A stretch of 64,000 nt of DNA from Candidatus Krumholzibacteriota bacterium (GCA_963806035.1 CAWDWO010000008.1:1-64000), one strand, 5' to 3'. Numbered from the stretch's first letter, positions 40,951 through 51,924 are shown. Numbers and translations are program-made. Notes: generated by a model from the letters alone, not told the origin.

Positions 40951-41382
40951 ATGAGCTTCGATCAGCTGCCAGCGTTCAACGCGTTCTTCAACGGTAGTGC
41001 GGCCGTCCTGCTCCTCTGCGCCTATGCGGCAATCCGCCGCAGGAAGGAAAAACTGCACCGCCGCTTCATACTGAGCGCCGTGGCTTCGTCTATTCTCTTT
41101 TTGATCGGCTATCTGAGCTATCATTCGGTTCATGGGACCACGCGCTTTACCCACGGCGGCGCGGCCCGGGTGCTGTATTTCTCCATCCTGATCAGCCACA
41201 CGATTCTGGCGGCCACGGTGATCCCTCTGGTCATCGTCACCTTGAGACACGGTCTCAAGTACCACCGGGCCCGGCATCGCAAGTGGGCGCATGTCACTTT
41301 CCCCATCTGGCTCTACGTGTCGATCACCGGAGTCCTTATTTACTTCATGCTCTATCATTGGTTCCCTCCCCATGCCGTCTGA
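40951..41382 (+). CDS. DUF420 (CtaM-like) membrane protein
   Basis: P..NA..N, HRR, FL..YL.YH, ILISH..LA, HRKWA..TFPIWLYVSITGV. Confidence 0.88.
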   Translation: MSFDQLPAFNAFFNGSAAVLLLCAYAAIRRRKEKLHRRFILSAVASSILFLIGYLSYHSVHGTTRFTHGGAARVLYFSILISHTILAATVIPLVIVTLRHGLKYHRARHRKWAHVTFPIWLYVSITGVLIYFMLYHWFPPHAV

Positions 41383-43297
41383 GGCTCGAGGCAAGAACGG
41401 TCTCTTCCGAGCGTGCTTGATGCTCTCGCTCATGGTGTACGCTCTCATCATGGTGGGAGGGCTCTTGCACATCATGGGGGCCGCCATGAGCTGTCCCGAT
41501 TGGCCCCTCTGCTACGGAGAGCTTCTCTCCACTCGCCCGGGCACGATTCTCGCGCAGACCCACCGCTATCTGGCGGCCGCACTCGCCCTCTTCACCCTGG
41601 GAATCGCCATCACGATCGCGCGCCGGCGGCCCGCGGACCAGGGGCTCCTGGAGCTCAGTCGCTCGGCCGTGGTGCTCGTCCTCTTGCAGGCCGCGCTGGG
41701 CGGGGTGGCCGTGATCTTGATGCTCCCCACCCTGATCTCGGTGGCGCACCTGGCCCTGGGTCTCGGGCTCTTCGCGCTGTGCCTCGCCATGACCTTCCGG
41801 ACCCGGCCCGATTGGATCTCACCGCCATTCACCGAGGTGGATGCGAGGATTACCTCGTTGCATTCCTGGGTCGATTTGGCGATCTCGGCGACCTTCGTGG
41901 AGATGCTCCTGGGCGCTTTCCTGCTCCAGACCGGGGCCGGGGCCGCGCTCGGACTCGGTAAGAGCGCCGCCTTGCTGGGAGTGGATCCCGCCACCTCTGC
42001 CCACGTCTTTTGGCCTGACGACGCGCCGGGACGCTGGAACATGATTCACCGGCTCTCCGCCCTGGTCACCGCGACCCTGGTGCTGACCAGCGCGTGGAAA
42101 GGCATTCGCTTCGCGCGGAGCGGCGCGGATCGCGGGGGAGAGAGCCCCTCGCTCGAGCAGGGACACGACCGGGCCGGGCTGGTTTTGTCGCTCTCGGCCA
42201 TCGCGCTGGTCCTGGCGCAGATCTTTTTGGGGGTTTTCGGCCTGATCCACAACCTGGCTCCCCTCTGGGTTTCCCTGCATCTCGCGGTCGCGACCGCGCT
42301 CTTCGGGGTTCTCTTGGCCAATCGACTTCATCTGGGCGCGAGCGTGCTGCCCGAGCTGGACGGTCTGGATGCCGCCCTACGATCGCCCCGTGTCGAGGGC
42401 GCATCCGGGGGTCTCCTCGGCCAGAGTCTGCTCGACGCCTTCGTCCTGACCAAGCCGCGGCTGGCCTTCCTGGTGATCTTCACCACGAGTGCGGGAATGA
42501 AGTTGGCCCCGGGCGGGCTGCCGCTCAGCGAGGCCCTGCTGACCATCCTGTTCGTGACCCTGGTCGTCGCGTCGGGAACCACCCTGAACATGTACCAGGA
42601 GCAGGAACCCGACGCGAAGATGGAACGAACCAAGGAGCGGCCGCTGCCGGCGGGACGTCTGCATCCGCGCGTGGCCCTGATCCAGGGCTGGGTGCTGGCT
42701 TTGAGTGGTCTGGTGGGGCTCGCCCTGGTCTCCAACCTTCTCACCACCGGTCTGGCCGCGCTGTCGCTCTTCGTCTATCTGGGCCTGTACACGCCGATGA
42801 AAGCGCGCAGCGTGAGCGCGGTCTATTTGGGAGCGATCCCCGGCGCCCTCCCCATCGCGATGGGCTGGACCGCGGTGACCGGCAGTTTTGACGGAGGCGC
42901 GATCGCACTCTTCGCGCTGCTCTTCATCTGGCAGATCCCTCACTTCATCGCGATCTCGCTCTATCGCAAGGAGGAGTACGCGGCGGCCGGCTTCAAGATC
43001 TTTCCCCTGGTCTACGGTGAGCGCGTAAGCCTGCGGCACATTTTCGCCACCAGCGTGGGACTGGCCCTCAGCACTTTGATCCTGAGCCGCTTCTTCGCAC
43101 TTCGGCTGGGCCTGAGTGGCGAAGGCAAGGGGGGAATCTTCTACTTGGCGGTCGCATTGGTCCTGGGCAGTTTGATCGTGAGATCGTCCGTGCGTGGATT
43201 TTCGCCGCTCCGCAACGAGAACTGGGCCAGGCGCTTCTTTTTCATTACACTGGTCTACCTGCCGGTTGCCCTCGGTGTCCTGCTGCTCGACTCGTGA
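41372..43297 (+). CDS. Fused heme A synthase (CtaA) - protoheme IX farnesyltransferase (CtaB/CyoE)
   Basis: CPDWPLC and four His in the N-half; LTKPR, D.KMERT..RPLPAG, YTPMK, GAIPGALP, WQIPHF in the C-half. Confidence 0.88.
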   Translation: MPSEARGKNGLFRACLMLSLMVYALIMVGGLLHIMGAAMSCPDWPLCYGELLSTRPGTILAQTHRYLAAALALFTLGIAITIARRRPADQGLLELSRSAVVLVLLQAALGGVAVILMLPTLISVAHLALGLGLFALCLAMTFRTRPDWISPPFTEVDARITSLHSWVDLAISATFVEMLLGAFLLQTGAGAALGLGKSAALLGVDPATSAHVFWPDDAPGRWNMIHRLSALVTATLVLTSAWKGIRFARSGADRGGESPSLEQGHDRAGLVLSLSAIALVLAQIFLGVFGLIHNLAPLWVSLHLAVATALFGVLLANRLHLGASVLPELDGLDAALRSPRVEGASGGLLGQSLLDAFVLTKPRLAFLVIFTTSAGMKLAPGGLPLSEALLTILFVTLVVASGTTLNMYQEQEPDAKMERTKERPLPAGRLHPRVALIQGWVLALSGLVGLALVSNLLTTGLAALSLFVYLGLYTPMKARSVSAVYLGAIPGALPIAMGWTAVTGSFDGGAIALFALLFIWQIPHFIAISLYRKEEYAAAGFKIFPLVYGERVSLRHIFATSVGLALSTLILSRFFALRLGLSGEGKGGIFYLAVALVLGSLIVRSSVRGFSPLRNENWARRFFFITLVYLPVALGVLLLDS

Positions 43298-43344
43298 TAC
43301 AAGCCGGGCTGGACCCGAGGCGGATGAAGGTGGCATGATGGGCC

Positions 43345-43833
43345 ATGCCGGACTCTCCCCCGATCTACGATGAGGCCAACCCCATGACCGAACACGAAAT
43401 GGAAATATTCCACGGCAGCCTGGAGCGCTGCCTTGGAGGGGACGGATTCGTCGAGAGGTTCTACGAACTACTGTGCGACCGCTCCCCGGAGATCGCCGCG
43501 AAGTTCAAGGACACGGATTTCAAGATTCAAAAGCGCAAGCTCACCTCCTCCCTGTACATGACGATGCTCCTGGACGACGAAACCCCCGAGGGCGACGTCC
43601 ACTTCGAACGAATTGCCCAGCTGCACAGCCGCAATGCCCTCGACATCCGTCCCGAGTACTACGGCATCTGGATCGAATGTCTCATCGAGACCGCGCGCGA
43701 ATTTGACCGGTACTTCGATGAGGAAACGGAGAAGGCCTGGCGGCACTTGATGGCGCCGGCGATGGAGTTCATGAAGACGCGCTACCGGCGCAGCGCCGGC
43801 CCGACGGACGAGGATCTCGGGGTGGACTCGTGA
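43345..43833 (+). CDS. Single-domain globin
   Basis: F.ERFY, PEI..KF..TDF..Q, proximal His in IAQLHSR; start may be ATG 43384. Confidence 0.85.
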   Translation: MPDSPPIYDEANPMTEHEMEIFHGSLERCLGGDGFVERFYELLCDRSPEIAAKFKDTDFKIQKRKLTSSLYMTMLLDDETPEGDVHFERIAQLHSRNALDIRPEYYGIWIECLIETAREFDRYFDEETEKAWRHLMAPAMEFMKTRYRRSAGPTDEDLGVDS

Positions 43834-43893
43834 GTTCCCGCCGCGCGATCGCGAGCAGAGCCTTCCTTTTCGGCCGGGAGTAACGCTGGATCC

Positions 43894-46119
43894 ATGTCCC
43901 TGCGAGCACCAAACGCGGCCGGCGGTTTTCCCGCGATCGCCTACGTTCTCGCCAAGGCGAGGCAGGCCGGAGGGTTGCTGCCCTTCCTGAAGCGCTTGCG
44001 CGGAAAGAACACCTGCAAAACCTGCGCGCTGGGAATGGGTGGACTTTCGGGGGGGATGGTCGACGAGTCGGGCCACTTCCCCGCGATCTGCAAGAAGTCC
44101 GTCCAGGCCGTGGCGGCGGATCTGGCCGGCGCCATTCCGGAGAGTTTCTTCAAACGGAACTCGCTGCGCGCTCTTTCCGCTTTGAGTTCGGCGGAACTCG
44201 AGAGCCTCGGCCGTCTCTCCTTTCCCATCGTGGCACGCGCCGGCGATACCCACTACCAACGCATCTCGTGGGAGGAGGCGCTGGATCTCGCGGCACGCGC
44301 GTTCCGGCGCGCCCCAGCCCAGAGAACCTTCTTCTATGCCAGCGGGCGCTCCTCCAACGAAGCGGCCTTCCTCCTGCAGCTTTTGGCACGGAGTTTTGGG
44401 ACGAACAACGTCAACAACTGTTCGTACTATTGCCATCAGGCCAGTGGCGTCGCCCTCAGCAAAGTGTACGGCTCGGGAACCGCCAGCGTGGTGCTCGGGG
44501 ACCTCGCGCGAACCGATCTCGCCGTGGTCATCGGAGCGAATCCGGCCTCCAATCACCCGCGTCTGATCACGCAGCTCATGAAACTGCGGCGGCGCGGGGG
44601 TCAGGTCATCGTCATCAATCCCTTGCGGGAGTTGGGACTGACGAGATTCCGCGTGCCCAGTGATCCACGCAGTCTCCTCTTCGGTTCAGAAATCGCGAGT
44701 CTGTACCTGCAGCCCCATGTGGGAAGTGACATCGCCCTGCTCAAGGCCTTGCTCAAGGGCGTGATCGAGGAGGGCGGTCTCGACAGGACCTACATCGAAC
44801 ACTACACGAGTGGATTCGAAGATCTGCGAAGAGAGCTCGAGGAATGCTCTTGGGGCGAACTCCACGAAGCTTGCGGCGTCGATCCTTACCAAATCGAACG
44901 CGCGGTGAGGATGATCTGCGCCGCCCGCAGCGGAATTCTGCTCTGGGCGATGGGACTCACGCACCACGCCTTCGGTGTGGACAACATCTTGGCCGTGGCC
45001 AATTTGGCCCTGGCGCGCGGCTGGCTGGGACGACCGGGCTGCGGGCTTTTGCCCATCCGCGGCCACTCCAACGTGCAGGGAGTGGGGTCGGTCGGAGTCA
45101 AGCCGGCTCTGAAACGGGCCTTCGCCGAAAAGCTGGAAGAGCTCTACGGAGTGCCCGCCACGCTGCCGGCCGGCCTGGATACCTACGCCTGCATGGAAGC
45201 CGCCCAGCGCGGCGAGATCGACGCGGCGCTGCTTTTGGGTGGGAATCTTTACGGCGCCAATCCGGATGCGAACTGGGCCGCCGGTGCGCTGAACAAGATC
45301 CCCTTCCTCCTGCAGGTCTCCACCAAACTGAACACGGGACATCTGGCGGGGCGCGGACGCGAGACTTTGGTGTTGCCGGCATTGACCCGCGACGAGGAAC
45401 TGCAGCCGACGAGTCAGGAGAGCATGTTCAACTTCGTGCGCCTCAGCATGGGCGGAGAAGCTTCACCCGCCGACGGAATGCACGCCGATGCTCAGAGAGA
45501 GCGGCCGCTGGAGAACGGACGCGGAGCGCGCGGAGAAGTCCAGATCCTGGCCTCCTTGGCCCAGAGGATTCTCCCCGAAGGACGCTTCGACTGGAGCGAA
45601 GTGCGAAACCATCAGTCGCTGCGCGAGAGCATCGCGAGAGTAGTTCCCGGCTACGAGGCGATCGCCAAGCTGGGCGCCGGAGGGAAGGAGTTCCAAATCG
45701 CGGGAAGGACCTTTCATCGGCCCAGCTTCTCCACGGCGGACCAGAGAGCGCACTTCCACCCCACTCCCCTGCCCCACTGGCGCCCCAAACCGGGCCGTTT
45801 CCGCCTCATGACCCTGCGCAGCGAGGGACAATTCAATTCGGTGGTCTACGAGGAAGAGGACCTCTACCGCAATTCCGCTCCGCGAAATGCCGCCCTGATG
45901 GCGCTGGAGGATCTCCGTCGTCTCGCGCTGCAACAGGGTCAGCGGATCCGCGTGGAATCCGCCGCGGGCGGAATGGATGCCGTGGCCTGGGAAGCGAATC
46001 TGCCGGCCGGCAACATCGCCATGTACTACCCGGAAGCCAACGTGCTCGTTCCCCGCAAGCTCGACCCCCGCTCGCACACTCCTGCCTTCAAATCAGTGGA
46101 AGTGTGGCTCAGGACCTGA
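43894..46119 (+). CDS. FdhF/YdeP family molybdopterin oxidoreductase
   Basis: [60 protein letters not shown]. Confidence 0.9.
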   Translation: MSLRAPNAAGGFPAIAYVLAKARQAGGLLPFLKRLRGKNTCKTCALGMGGLSGGMVDESGHFPAICKKSVQAVAADLAGAIPESFFKRNSLRALSALSSAELESLGRLSFPIVARAGDTHYQRISWEEALDLAARAFRRAPAQRTFFYASGRSSNEAAFLLQLLARSFGTNNVNNCSYYCHQASGVALSKVYGSGTASVVLGDLARTDLAVVIGANPASNHPRLITQLMKLRRRGGQVIVINPLRELGLTRFRVPSDPRSLLFGSEIASLYLQPHVGSDIALLKALLKGVIEEGGLDRTYIEHYTSGFEDLRRELEECSWGELHEACGVDPYQIERAVRMICAARSGILLWAMGLTHHAFGVDNILAVANLALARGWLGRPGCGLLPIRGHSNVQGVGSVGVKPALKRAFAEKLEELYGVPATLPAGLDTYACMEAAQRGEIDAALLLGGNLYGANPDANWAAGALNKIPFLLQVSTKLNTGHLAGRGRETLVLPALTRDEELQPTSQESMFNFVRLSMGGEASPADGMHADAQRERPLENGRGARGEVQILASLAQRILPEGRFDWSEVRNHQSLRESIARVVPGYEAIAKLGAGGKEFQIAGRTFHRPSFSTADQRAHFHPTPLPHWRPKPGRFRLMTLRSEGQFNSVVYEEEDLYRNSAPRNAALMALEDLRRLALQQGQRIRVESAAGGMDAVAWEANLPAGNIAMYYPEANVLVPRKLDPRSHTPAFKSVEVWLRT

Positions 46120-46129
46120 GTCCGCCCCA

Positions 46130-46880
46130 TCAGCCCTTTCGTTTGGCCTGATCCGCGACGGCCTTGGCCGCCGCAGCGATCTCGTCTTGATCTCCCAGAT
46201 AGTAGTGCTTCAGGGGTTTCAGGTTCTCGTCGAGTTCGTAGACGAGGGGAACCCCGGTGGGAATGTTGAGGGAGACGATCTCCTCGTCGGAAACCCCGTC
46301 CAGATATTTCACCAGCGCGCGCAGACTGTTTCCGTGCGCGACGAGAAGGAGCCGTTGCCCGCTCTTTACCAGCGGGGCGATCTCCTTTTGCCAGAGCGGC
46401 AAAAAGCGCTTCACGGTGAGCTCCAGGCTCTCGGTGCAGCGGAATCTCCTCGGGAGCGAGGGAGGCGTAGCGGCGATCGTGTCCCGGCCAGCGCGGATCG
46501 TTCTTTTCGAGCGCGGGCGGCGGCGTGGCGTAGCTTCGCCGCCAGAGCATCACCTGTTCGTCCCCGTGTTTCTCGGCCGTCTCCGCCTTGTTCAAGCCCT
46601 GGAGAGCCCCGTAATGGCGTTCGTTGAGGCGCCAGTGCCGGATCACCGGCAACCACATCCGGTCCATCTCCTCCATCACCAGCCACATGGTCTTGATCGC
46701 GCGCATGAGAACCGAGGTGTAGATCAGATCGAAGTCGTAGGCTTCTTCCTTCAAGATCCGGCCGGATTGGATGGCCTCCTTGATCCCCTGTTCGGTGAGA
46801 TCCACGTCGGTCCAGCCCGTGAAACGGTTCTCCAGATTCCAGGTGGATTGACCATGACGCAAAAGAACCAGCTTGTGCAT
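46130..46880 (-). pseudogene. gpmA: 2,3-BPG-dependent phosphoglycerate mutase, 1-nt insertion near 46436
   Basis: [29 protein letters not shown]; removing one base restores IPLTESL. Confidence 0.92.
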
Positions 46881-47077
46881 ATCCATTTCCTTCGCGAAAG
46901 AATCGGCGTGATCGACGGCTTGTCGCCTCATTCTAACACCACAGCCACCGGGATGCACAGGCTCCGGCGCCTTCAGTTGGGCTTGTGAGCCGGCCTTTCG
47001 CTGAGTAGGCTTGAGCCGGAAAGGGCGGACGCTGGGGCCCTTCCCGCGATTCAGCCTCAGAGCACCCGGGAGTGAAC

Positions 47078-48611
47078 ATGGCCATCGTTTTGACGGGCAA
47101 GAATCTGAAGATCGAAGACCTCGTGCGCGTGGCGCGGCATGGCGAAGCAGTCGAGCTCCATCCCGAAGCCCGGCAGCGGATCGCGGCCTGCCGCCAATTG
47201 CTCGAACGAAAGATCGAAGAGGGCGAGATCATGTACGGGGTCAACACCGGCATCGGAGAGCTTGCCAGTGTCGCGCTCGAACCCGAGCAGGTGCAGAAGT
47301 TTCAGCGCTACCTCATCTACAACCACTCGGCGGGAATCGGCGAGCCGGCGCCCCTGGATCACGTGCGCGCCGCCATGTTGGCGCGCGTCAACGTCCACGC
47401 TCATGGAAATTCCGGGTGTCGTCCCATCATCAGCCAGACCTACGTGGACATGCTCAACCGCGGAGTTACCCCGGTCGTCTGCGAGAAGGGCAGTGTGGGC
47501 GCGTGCGGAGATCTCGCACCAATGAGTCAGATCGCGCTCTCGTTGATGGGAGAAGGCGAGTCCTTCTACCAAGGCCGGCGCATGCCCACCCGCGAGGCCA
47601 TGGCCGAGGCCGGAATCGAAATCCCCGGCCTTCAGGCGCGGGACGGTCTGGCCGCGATCAACGGCTCGAATCTGCTCACCGCGATCTCCGCACTGATAAC
47701 GTACGAGGCCGAAATCTGGTTGAAACACGCGGAAATCGCGGCAGCCATGAGCCTCGACGCGCTCGGAGCGAATCTCAAACCCTACGATCGCCGCCTGCAC
47801 GAGCTGCGCGGTTTTCACGGAGCGATCGTCGCGGCCGAAAACTTGAAGCTCGTCCTGGCGGGTGGGGATTTGGCCGACGGTGGAAAGCTGAAAGTGAAGG
47901 TTCAGGATTCCTACAGCATGCGCAGCACCCCTGCAGGTCATCGGAGCCGCGCGCGACCAGCTTCGCTGGACGAAGGAACAGATCGAAGTGGAGCTGAACG
48001 GAGTCGGTGACAACCCCATTTTCTTGCCCGAGGAAGACACCGTTCTCACCGGCGCCAACTTCCAGGGGACTCCCGTTTCCTTGCCGATGGAGGGCCTGGG
48101 AGCCGCAATCACCATGATCTGCGTGCTCAGCGAACGCAGGCTCAACCGGCTCCTCAACCCCAAGCTGTCGGACGGGCTGCCCGCATTCTTGACCAAGGGC
48201 GCGGGAATGTTCAGCGGTCTCATGCTGAGTCAGTACACCGCGGATGCGCTGATCGTCGAGCAACGCATCCTCTCCACTCCGGCTTGCACGCAGAGCATCC
48301 CGGCCGCGGCCGATCAAGAGGATTTCGTGAGCATGGGTATGAATACGGCGCTCAAGAGCCGGCAGATCATGGACAACGCCTACGGAGTGCTGGGCATCGA
48401 GTTGCTGGCTGCCGCCCAAGCTCTCGACTTCCGCGAGTGGAAGCCGGGACGGGGCTGTGAGGCAGCCCGCAGCGCCATCCGGAAACACGTGGAGCACCTG
48501 GAGGAGGATCGACCTCTCTTCAACGACCACAATGCCATGAGCAAGTTGGTAAGAAGCGGAGAAATTCTCGCCGCGGTCGAAAAGAGTGTCGGTCCCCTCG
48601 CGAGTTCCTGA
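47078..48611 (+). pseudogene. hutH: Histidine ammonia-lyase family (MIO) enzyme, 1-nt insertion near 47932
   Basis: YGVNTGIG, GSVGACGDLAP, VQDSYSMR, DNP, GANFQG, QEDFVSMG; removing one base restores RSTPQVIGA. Confidence 0.85.
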
Positions 48612-48637
48612 AGGCCGAAGGCCTGAAGGCCTGAAGG
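48607..48637 (+). repeat. Short tandem repeat (CCTGAAGG)x4, one unit lacking the T
   Basis: Read directly across the hutH stop codon. Confidence 0.75.
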
Positions 48638-48691
48638 CAAGCTACGGAAACCTCAGGCGCGAATGCACTCGCGCGAGAAGCAATCGAAGGC

Positions 48692-49726
48692 TCAGTAACT
48701 CGTTTCGCCCTGGCCGACTTTCCCGGCGAACTTGCGGTACATCCAGCTCGAGTAAGCCATCGCGATGAGCATTCCGGGGATCCACCAGTAGAGTCCCAGC
48801 CGCAAGCCCGAGAGCGGAGCCGCCGCGTTGTGGATGTTCAAGCTCATTCCGGTTTCGTCCAGGGCCGGCAGCACCAGGGGATAGACGCCCGCCACCACCG
48901 CGCCCAACATTCCCGCCAGATAGGCGCATGAAGCGTAGAAGGTGCTCCGTTCTCCCCCTCGGCGCGGAAACCAGAAGAGCCCGCACAGTCCGGCGAGCGC
49001 GAGGAGAGGAAAGACGTAGCGCCAGGGCTGCGCGTTGAGATGCTGCAGAATGACCGGTTGAATTCTGAAGGTGACGACGGTGAGAACGAGGGTGAGAAGC
49101 AGTTGTACCGGTACAAGGGTTCCGATCGTGCGCTGCGAACGATGCTGCACGGGACCGCTCGTCTTCAGGTTCAACCAGCTGGCTCCCTGCAGAGTCAGAG
49201 CAACCACCGCGGTCAGTCCCACCAAGACGGTATAGAAGTCCAGAACCCCCACGCTGTGTCGACCCCCCAACCACATCGGCGCGAAGAACCGGCCGCTTTC
49301 GTCCAACGGAACGCCGCGAACGACGTTGCCCAGTGCGACTCCGAAAAACAGAGCCAACAGGAAGGAACTCAGCACGAAGATCGAATCCCATAGCGAACGC
49401 CAGATTGGCGCCTCGAGATGCGAGCGAAGTTCGATGGAGATCCCACGGCCCATCAAGAGCCACAACACCATGTTCAGCGGCAAATAAAACCCGCTGAACG
49501 CGCTGGCGTAGAGCAGAGGAAAGGCGAAGTAGAGAGTTCCTCCCGCGGCCAATAGCCACACTTCATTGCCGTCCCACACCGGCCCGATGGTGGCCAGGGC
49601 CATGCGGCGTTCCTCGTCGCTTCGCGCCACGAAGCGATGCAAAATCCCCACGCCCAAATCGAACCCGTCCAGGAGCACGTACATCACGATCATGAAGGCC
49701 ACGAAACAAAACCAGATCGTCTGCAA
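48692..49726 (-). CDS. cydB: Cytochrome bd ubiquinol oxidase subunit II
   Basis: LDGFDLGVG, IGPVWDGNEVWL, FFGVALGNV; TTG start after GGGAGG. Confidence 0.95.
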   Translation of the reverse strand: MQTIWFCFVAFMIVMYVLLDGFDLGVGILHRFVARSDEERRMALATIGPVWDGNEVWLLAAGGTLYFAFPLLYASAFSGFYLPLNMVLWLLMGRGISIELRSHLEAPIWRSLWDSIFVLSSFLLALFFGVALGNVVRGVPLDESGRFFAPMWLGGRHSVGVLDFYTVLVGLTAVVALTLQGASWLNLKTSGPVQHRSQRTIGTLVPVQLLLTLVLTVVTFRIQPVILQHLNAQPWRYVFPLLALAGLCGLFWFPRRGGERSTFYASCAYLAGMLGAVVAGVYPLVLPALDETGMSLNIHNAAAPLSGLRLGLYWWIPGMLIAMAYSSWMYRKFAGKVGQGETSY

Positions 49727-49740
49727 GGGAATCCTCCCGG

Positions 49741-51072
49741 TCAGTGTGAAGCTTCGCCGCTGGGACCGCGCTGGATTTCGCGCCACATCAACAGGATGAA
49801 GAGGAGCGAGAGCAGAGTGTACATGCCCATGAATCCCATGAGAGTGAAGATGCCGTTACCCGCCGAGACGGTGTCGCTGTAACCGTCTTGGGTGCGCAAA
49901 AGGCCGTACACGAGCCAGGGCTGCCTTCCGAGTTCCGCGGTGAGCCATCCCGCGGTGTTCGTGATGTAGGGAAAGGGAAACAGAATCACGAGAACCCACA
50001 AAAAGAAGCGGCTCTGAAAGAGCTTTCCCCGCGCGAGCCAGATCATGCTCAGACCCAAGAGCAGAATGAAGATGGTACCCAGGCCCACCATGATGTGGTA
50101 CGCGAAGTAGAGAAGCGGAATGTTGTCGGGCCAGTCGCGCTCGGGAAAAGTAGTGAGCCCCGGCACTTCAGAGCGCAAACGGCTGGTGGTGAGAAAACTC
50201 AGCGCCCAAGGAATCTTGATCGGGTTGTCCAGACTGCGCCGTTCCACGTCGGGTTGACCGATCAGCACCAGCGGCGCTCCCGCCTCGCTCTCGAAGAGCC
50301 CCTCCATCGCGGCCAGAGCGACCGGTTGGTGCTTCGCCACCATCCTCGCGTGAAAATCACCAGTGGGAAAAGCCAGGGCGATGGCCGCGATCAGTCCGGC
50401 CGGCACGCCCACGCGCAAGAAGCGCCGGGCCACTTGCACTTCACGGTCTTGCAGGAGGTAGAAGGCACCGGTCGCGCTCACGAAGATGGCGGCGGTGACC
50501 GTGGTGCCCATCATCGTATGCAGGTACTGCCAGAGTCCCCAGGGATTCAAGAGGAACTGACTCAAACTCGTCAGAGCCACTCCCCCATTCGCCATGAGCT
50601 CGAAGCCGCGTGGATACTGCATCCAGGCATCGGTGATCACGATGAAGTAACCGGACAACCACGAACCGACGAAAACCAAGAGCGAGGCGATCCAGTGGAT
50701 GCGCGGACCGAAACGCTTTTCACCGAAGAGGAGAATTCCCAAGAAACTCGATTCGAGGAAGAACGCAAAGACGCCTTCCATGGCCAAGCTCTGCCCGATC
50801 ACACCCCCGGCGAATATGGAGAAACGGGACCAGTTGGTGCCGAACTGGAACTCCAGGGGAATGCCCGTGACGACCCCCATCGCAAAATTGATCGCGAAGA
50901 GTCGAATCCAGAAACGCGCGGCTTGGTTCCACTCTTCCTTTTGCGTTTTGATGGCCAGGCTCTTCATCAAGAAGATGAGCAGCGCCAGGCCCATGGTGAG
51001 TTGCGGAAAGAGGTAGTGGTAGGTGACGGTGAACGCGAAGTGGAAACGGTGAACGGCGAGCGCAGTGTCCAT
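49741..51072 (-). CDS. cydA: Cytochrome bd ubiquinol oxidase subunit I (short Q-loop)
   Basis: HYLFP, EFQFGTNW, EG.FAFFLES, QP..LAAMEG, ELGRQPW. Confidence 0.95.
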   Translation of the reverse strand: MDTALAVHRFHFAFTVTYHYLFPQLTMGLALLIFLMKSLAIKTQKEEWNQAARFWIRLFAINFAMGVVTGIPLEFQFGTNWSRFSIFAGGVIGQSLAMEGVFAFFLESSFLGILLFGEKRFGPRIHWIASLLVFVGSWLSGYFIVITDAWMQYPRGFELMANGGVALTSLSQFLLNPWGLWQYLHTMMGTTVTAAIFVSATGAFYLLQDREVQVARRFLRVGVPAGLIAAIALAFPTGDFHARMVAKHQPVALAAMEGLFESEAGAPLVLIGQPDVERRSLDNPIKIPWALSFLTTSRLRSEVPGLTTFPERDWPDNIPLLYFAYHIMVGLGTIFILLLGLSMIWLARGKLFQSRFFLWVLVILFPFPYITNTAGWLTAELGRQPWLVYGLLRTQDGYSDTVSAGNGIFTLMGFMGMYTLLSLLFILLMWREIQRGPSGEASH

Positions 51073-51336
51073 CTTTTCGTCCGTACCTTCCTGAGAAGAG
51101 ACCGGGACTTGGAATCCGGCGCCCGTTCGTGACACGAGCGAAGCTCGGTTCGTCCATCCGTCCCAAGAACGTCACTGGCGAATGTGATACAAGGATCTGA
51201 GGGAGACAAGAACTTCCCTGCGGGACTCGTCGAAAGTGAGAGGAGAAAATCTTCGTCGGCTTGCGGCTTCTGTGAATCGCGCTTATCTCTGGGCCAAACC
51301 GCCGCCAATCGAAGAGTCTCACAGGAGGAAGCATCG

Positions 51337-51924
51337 ATGTCCCTGGTCGGCAAGCAAGCCCCGGATTTCACTCTCGAGGGCTATTTCAACAAGAACTTCG
51401 AGACCTTCAAGCTCAGCGATTATCGCGGCAAGTGGGTCTACCTGCTCTACTACCCCCTCGATTTCACTTTCGTGTGCCCCACCGAAGTACTCGAGTTCAG
51501 CAAGATGGCGGCGGAGTTCCGCAAGCTGAACTGTGCACTGTTCGGCATCTCCATCGACAGCAAGTTCGTCCACAAGGCCTGGGTGGACGGAAAGACCGAG
51601 GACGGCGCCCTGGGCGGGAGCCTCGACTATCCTCTGCTGGCGGACGTCAAGAAGACGACGGCGGCCAACTACGGAGTCCTTCTGGAAGAATCGGGAGTTG
51701 CCCTGCGGGGACTCTTCCTCATCAGCCCCGATGGCACCGTCATGCAGGAGACGATCAACAACCTATCGGTAGGCCGGAACGCCAAGGAGGCTATCCGTCT
51801 GCTGAAGGCCTTCCAGTACGTCACCAGCCACGAGGGCGAGGTGTGCCCCGCGAGCTGGGATGAAGGCTCGGATACGATGAAGGCCAGCTCGGAAGGTATG
51901 GCGGAGTACCTCAGCAGCCACTGA
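51337..51924 (+). CDS. ahpC: 2-Cys peroxiredoxin (AhpC/Prx1)
   Basis: YPLDFTFVCPTE, ALRGLF, GEVCPASW; AGGAGG SD. Confidence 0.93.
   Translation: MSLVGKQAPDFTLEGYFNKNFETFKLSDYRGKWVYLLYYPLDFTFVCPTEVLEFSKMAAEFRKLNCALFGISIDSKFVHKAWVDGKTEDGALGGSLDYPLLADVKKTTAANYGVLLEESGVALRGLFLISPDGTVMQETINNLSVGRNAKEAIRLLKAFQYVTSHEGEVCPASWDEGSDTMKASSEGMAEYLSSH

Noticed and set aside
46414..48010. Programmed ribosomal frameshifting in gpmA or hutH
   Set aside because: No slippery heptamer at either site; single-base errors explain both
47078..48611. Ergothionase linked to egtB
   Set aside because: It retains an MIO-type triad and HAL-like residues and is 12 kb from egtB
51073..51336. FNR, Rex or CRP site between cydA and the peroxiredoxin gene
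   Set aside because: Only TGTGA half-sites; no complete palindrome
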